NCBI GenBank assembly: GCA_037133055.1
Contig: JBAXOY010000054.1
Coordinates: 1-19,683 of the forward strand
Length of the DNA: 19,683 nucleotides
Source of the DNA: Chlamydiota bacterium
Lineage (GTDB): Bacteria > Auribacterota > Tritonobacteria > UBA1439
Reading direction: 5' to 3'
The notes under the pieces were generated by a model. The model was given only the letters and a program-made list of their open reading frames with translations. It did no database searches and had not been told where the DNA came from. Positions 17,030-19,683 of this stretch are shown one piece after another; within the stretch, counting starts at the first letter, position 1; each line of letters begins with the position of its first letter. Made by a program: the position numbers and the translations under genes.

Positions 17030-17485
17030 ATGCGCTGGATCCACATCGATGACTGGCGGGAGATCGAGGCCGGCGAATCCGCCGAGGCGGTCAGGACGAT
17101 ACCCTCGGACCTGGATTTCCTCCGGGACCATTACCCCTCCTTTCCGCTCATGCCCCACAGCCTGCTCGTCGAGTCGATGGCGCAGACCGGCGGAATCCTG
17201 GTCGGGAAGATCTTCGGCTTCGAGAGGGACGTCATCCTCGCGAAGATCGACAGGGCGGAGTTCGTTTCGGTCACGCGTCCCGGGGACCGCCTGCGCATCC
17301 ACGCGCGAATCGAGGAAAAACGGGATGAGGGGGCGAGGGTCGCGTGCCGGATAACCCGCGGTGAGGATGAGGTCGCTCGCGCAACGCTCTTCTTCGCCCT
17401 CCTCGGGGAAGACGATGCCGGAAGGCTCGGCGCGCACGGGTTCGTATTCGCCGCGGGAGTGCTCGCGCAGTTCAGCGTGAAGTGA
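17030..17485 (+). CDS. FabZ-like 3-hydroxyacyl-ACP dehydratase (hot-dog fold), atypical copy 2
   Basis: MRWIHID, DHYPSFPLMPHSLLVESMAQTGG (His and Glu retained), LAKIDRAEF...RPGDRL; ATG 17030 after AGGA. Confidence 0.82.
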   Translation: MRWIHIDDWREIEAGESAEAVRTIPSDLDFLRDHYPSFPLMPHSLLVESMAQTGGILVGKIFGFERDVILAKIDRAEFVSVTRPGDRLRIHARIEEKRDEGARVACRITRGEDEVARATLFFALLGEDDAGRLGAHGFVFAAGVLAQFSVK

Positions 17486-17603
17486 CCGCCTCCGAAAGCG
17501 CGTGAAGGGCGGTCCGCTGCTTCACCCGGTCGTCCAGGGAGAGGAGAATCGCGGCAATCTCGCGGGGCGGCGCCTCCCGCGGCGCGACCGCACCCTGAAT
17601 AGT

Positions 17604-17636
17604 AAAGGGGACTCCCCCCGGGGGGGAGTCCCCTTT
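17604..17636. terminator. Probable bidirectional intrinsic terminator between convergent genes
   Basis: AAAGGGGACTCCCCCC-G-GGGGGGAGTCCCCTTT, a perfect 16-bp inverted repeat with A/T ends, between the + strand gene string and the - strand comEA-like gene. Confidence 0.75.
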
Positions 17637-17655
17637 GTGTACGGACTGAAGAGGC

Positions 17656-18042
17656 CTATTCGCTCTCTTTGGAGTCTTTCTCTTCCTTCGGCTCTTTCAC
17701 TTCCTTCGGCTCGGCCTTCTTCTCCTTCACCACGGGCTTGGAGACCGAAGCAGCCGCAGGGGCCGCGGCGCCCTTCTTGCCCACGCAGAGATGCTCGCGC
17801 CACTTCTCGAGGGTCTTCGATCCGACTCCCTTGACCTTGCTCAGGTCATCCACGGAGTTGTACGGACGGCCCGCGATGATGGCCCCGGCTCTTTTATCCT
17901 TGATTCCCGGCACGGTCTTCAGCTGCGCTATGGTCGCCGTATTGATGTCCACCTGACCCTCTTTGCACTCCGCATAGAGCGTCGAGACGCACACCAGGGG
18001 CACGGCCACCGCGAGGAGTAACAGTGATGACAGGCACTTCAT
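17656..18042 (-). CDS. ComEA-family helix-hairpin-helix DNA-binding protein with signal peptide
   Basis: Signal peptide MKCLSSLLLLAVAVPLVCVSTLYA; VDINTATIAQLKTVPGI...AIIAGRPYNSVDDLSKVKGVGSKTLEK; Lys/Glu-rich tail; AGGGAGGTG Shine-Dalgarno before ATG at 18042. Confidence 0.88.
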   Translation of the reverse strand: MKCLSSLLLLAVAVPLVCVSTLYAECKEGQVDINTATIAQLKTVPGIKDKRAGAIIAGRPYNSVDDLSKVKGVGSKTLEKWREHLCVGKKGAAAPAAASVSKPVVKEKKAEPKEVKEPKEEKDSKESE

Positions 18043-18070
18043 AAAAACACCTCCCTTTCCTAGTAGATGC

Positions 18071-18099
18071 ACTATAGCACCCTGCCGCGCGCGCGGCAA
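18071..18099 (-). promoter_or_regulatory. Sigma70-type promoter for the comEA-like gene
   Basis: Minus strand reads TTGCCG (18099-18094), 17-nt spacer ending in TGC, then TATAGT (18076-18071), i.e. -35 plus extended -10, about 30 nt upstream of the start codon. Confidence 0.65.
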
Positions 18100-18145
18100 G
18101 TGAAAAATGCCCCCGAAAATACCACGATGTGAAAAATGCCCCCGA
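18100..18145. repeat. Perfect 17-bp direct repeat GTGAAAAATGCCCCCGA x2
   Basis: Copies at 18100-18116 and 18129-18145 separated by 12 nt, between the pdp stop and the comEA -35 box. Confidence 0.9.
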
Positions 18146-18149
18146 TGCC

Positions 18150-19457
18150 CTACGGGGTGACGGTCTTGTAGATCATCGGGGGCCTCTTCGCCGGGGTCCC
18201 CTGGATGACGAAGGCCTTCAGGAGCCGCCCGCGGATGCCGTCAGCCTTCTTCCGGTCGTTGTAGTGCACGGTGAGGAGGCTCTCGCCCTTCTTCACGGGG
18301 TCGCCGATCTTCTTGTTGACGGTGAAGCCCACCGCCATGTCGATCGTCGCGTCCACGCTGTCGCGGCCGGCCCCGAGCGCGACGCCGCAGAGACCGACCT
18401 CGAGCGTGTTCACGGAGCCGAGATACCCGTCTTCCGGCGCGGCGATCTCCTCCCGGTGCTTCGCGCTCGCGAGCATGTCCGGGTTGTCCACGACCGAGGG
18501 GTCCCCGCCCTGCTGGGCGACCATCTGGCTGAATTTCTCTAACCCCTTGCCGTCCATGAGGTTCTCCTCTGCGATGCGGTATCCATCCTTGATGTCCTTC
18601 GCGGCCCCGCCGAACACCATCATCCACTGCGCGAGCCCGAGCACGAGCTCCTTCAGGTCCTGCGGGCAGTCGCCCCTCAGAGCCCGGATCGTCTCCCGTA
18701 TCTCGAGGGCGTTCCCGATCTCGCGGCCCATCGGCTGGTTCATGTCCGTGATGAGGGTAACCACGTCCTTGCCCGCGTTCTTCGCCACGGCGGTCATCGT
18801 GCGCGCAAGCTCCTCCGCGAGCTCCATCGTGCTCATGAAGGCGCCGTTCCCGGTCTTGATGTCGAAGACGAAGGCGTCGGGCCCGGCGGCAAGTTTCTTG
18901 CTCATGATGCTCCCGCAGATGAGGGGGATGCTGTCCACCGTCGCGGTCACGTCGCGGAGCATGTAGATCTTCTTGTCGGCCGGGGCGAGCGAGCGGGTCT
19001 GCCCGATGATCGCACACCCGACCTTTTTGATCGCGGCGACGAACTCCTTCTCCGTGAGGTTGGTGCGGAAGCCGGGGATCGATTCGAGCTTGTCGAGCGT
19101 TCCCCCGCTGTGCCCGAGGCCGCGCCCGCTCATCATGGGGATCGGGATGCCGCTCGCGGCGACTATCGGCGCGAGGACGAGGCTCGTCTTGTCGCCGACT
19201 CCGCCGGTGGAGTGCTTGTCCACGGTCTTTTTGCCGATCGCGCGGAGATCGATCGTGTCGCCGGAACGGAGCATGGCCATCGTCAACGCGGTGGTCTCCC
19301 CGGGCGCCATCCCGCGGATGAACACCGCCATGAGAAACGCCGCCATCTGATAATCGGGGATGGTGTTCTTCGTGTAGCCCTCGATCATGAACTCAATCTC
19401 GCGATCTTCCAGCCGCTTCCCGTCCCTCTTCTTGAGGATAATCTCGTACGCGCGCAT
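18150..19457 (-). CDS. pdp: Pyrimidine-nucleoside (thymidine) phosphorylase
   Basis: IILKKRDG, IPDYQMAAFLMA, DKHSTGGVGDK, MSGRGLGHSGGTLDKLESIPG, APADKKIYMLRDVTATV, SIMSKKLA, GNALE, LGAGR; AGGAGAGGTG Shine-Dalgarno before ATG at 19457. Confidence 0.95.
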   Translation of the reverse strand: MRAYEIILKKRDGKRLEDREIEFMIEGYTKNTIPDYQMAAFLMAVFIRGMAPGETTALTMAMLRSGDTIDLRAIGKKTVDKHSTGGVGDKTSLVLAPIVAASGIPIPMMSGRGLGHSGGTLDKLESIPGFRTNLTEKEFVAAIKKVGCAIIGQTRSLAPADKKIYMLRDVTATVDSIPLICGSIMSKKLAAGPDAFVFDIKTGNGAFMSTMELAEELARTMTAVAKNAGKDVVTLITDMNQPMGREIGNALEIRETIRALRGDCPQDLKELVLGLAQWMMVFGGAAKDIKDGYRIAEENLMDGKGLEKFSQMVAQQGGDPSVVDNPDMLASAKHREEIAAPEDGYLGSVNTLEVGLCGVALGAGRDSVDATIDMAVGFTVNKKIGDPVKKGESLLTVHYNDRKKADGIRGRLLKAFVIQGTPAKRPPMIYKTVTP

Positions 19458-19532
19458 CCGGTTCACCTCTCCTGTTGATGGTGTCACTGCCCGAAGAAAC
19501 AGGTATGGTAGTCAATCCGATGCCGGCGGTCA

Positions 19533-19562
19533 ACGGGGAAGATGCGACACGGGGAAGATGCG
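19533..19562. repeat. 14-bp direct repeat ACGGGGAAGATGCG x2 upstream of pdp
   Basis: Copies at 19533-19546 and 19549-19562 (period 16). Confidence 0.85.
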
Positions 19563-19683
19563 CCATCCCCCGGTTCACGATGTACCCGCGCGTTCCCGCC
19601 GCCGCTCCCTTTGCTATTACACCGCTCCCTGGTAACGTCAAAAGATTTATGCAAATAAGATAACCTCTCCATCACTGTTCGAC

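Noticed and set aside
14718..17485. Assignment of the cassette as a ladderane, aryl polyene or AcpXL/LpxXL cluster
   Set aside because: The diagnostic partners are absent from the window (radical SAM/methyltransferase/desaturase-like genes, KS-CLF pair, FabF-XL and LpxXL acyltransferase), so no specific product can be claimed.
17502..17834. Small ORFs across the convergent gap (17502-17834 +, 17522-17803 -) and an SD-like GGAGAGGAG near 17538
   Set aside because: They run through the terminator and overlap the comEA-like gene, and no start codon follows the SD-like sequence at a suitable distance.
18100..18145. Direct repeat considered as a mini-CRISPR or an insertion target-site duplication
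   Set aside because: Only two 17-bp copies with a 12-nt spacer, too short for CRISPR; no cas, integrase or transposase gene in the window.
19387..19675. Short ORFs at the right edge (19393-19641 -, 19484-19675 -, 19475-19663 +, 19387-19635 +)
   Set aside because: No recognisable motifs or convincing ribosome-binding sites; the region looks like the regulatory region upstream of pdp.

Overview
GC-rich bacterial chromosomal window, densely coding, with no rRNA, tRNA, CRISPR array or transposase visible. Most of it (102-17485) is one co-oriented + strand gene string. It starts with rsmD-coaD-yceD(DUF177)-rpmF-plsX-fabH-fabD-fabG-acpP-fabF, a canonical type II fatty acid synthesis block. Next come an acyl-CoA dehydrogenase, etfB and a ferredoxin-fused etfA (a probable electron-bifurcating Bcd/Etf-type module), then smc. 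The string ends with a second, atypical fatty-acid-type cassette: FabZ-like dehydratase, second FabG, an enlarged 127-aa ACP with a ~46-aa insertion and a GAES(ID) attachment motif, a divergent AcpS, and a second FabZ-like dehydratase. A near-perfect 33-bp inverted repeat separates this string from two minus-strand genes, a secreted ComEA-like helix-hairpin-helix protein and pyrimidine-nucleoside phosphorylase. The best candidate for an uncharacterised system is the ketosynthase-less 'long-ACP / twin dehydratase / dedicated PPTase' cassette. The second is the ACAD-ETF module embedded in a fab string that has no enoyl-ACP reductase in the window. Several intergenic regions carry short tandem, direct or inverted repeats. 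All family assignments come from motif recognition by eye; no database search was run.
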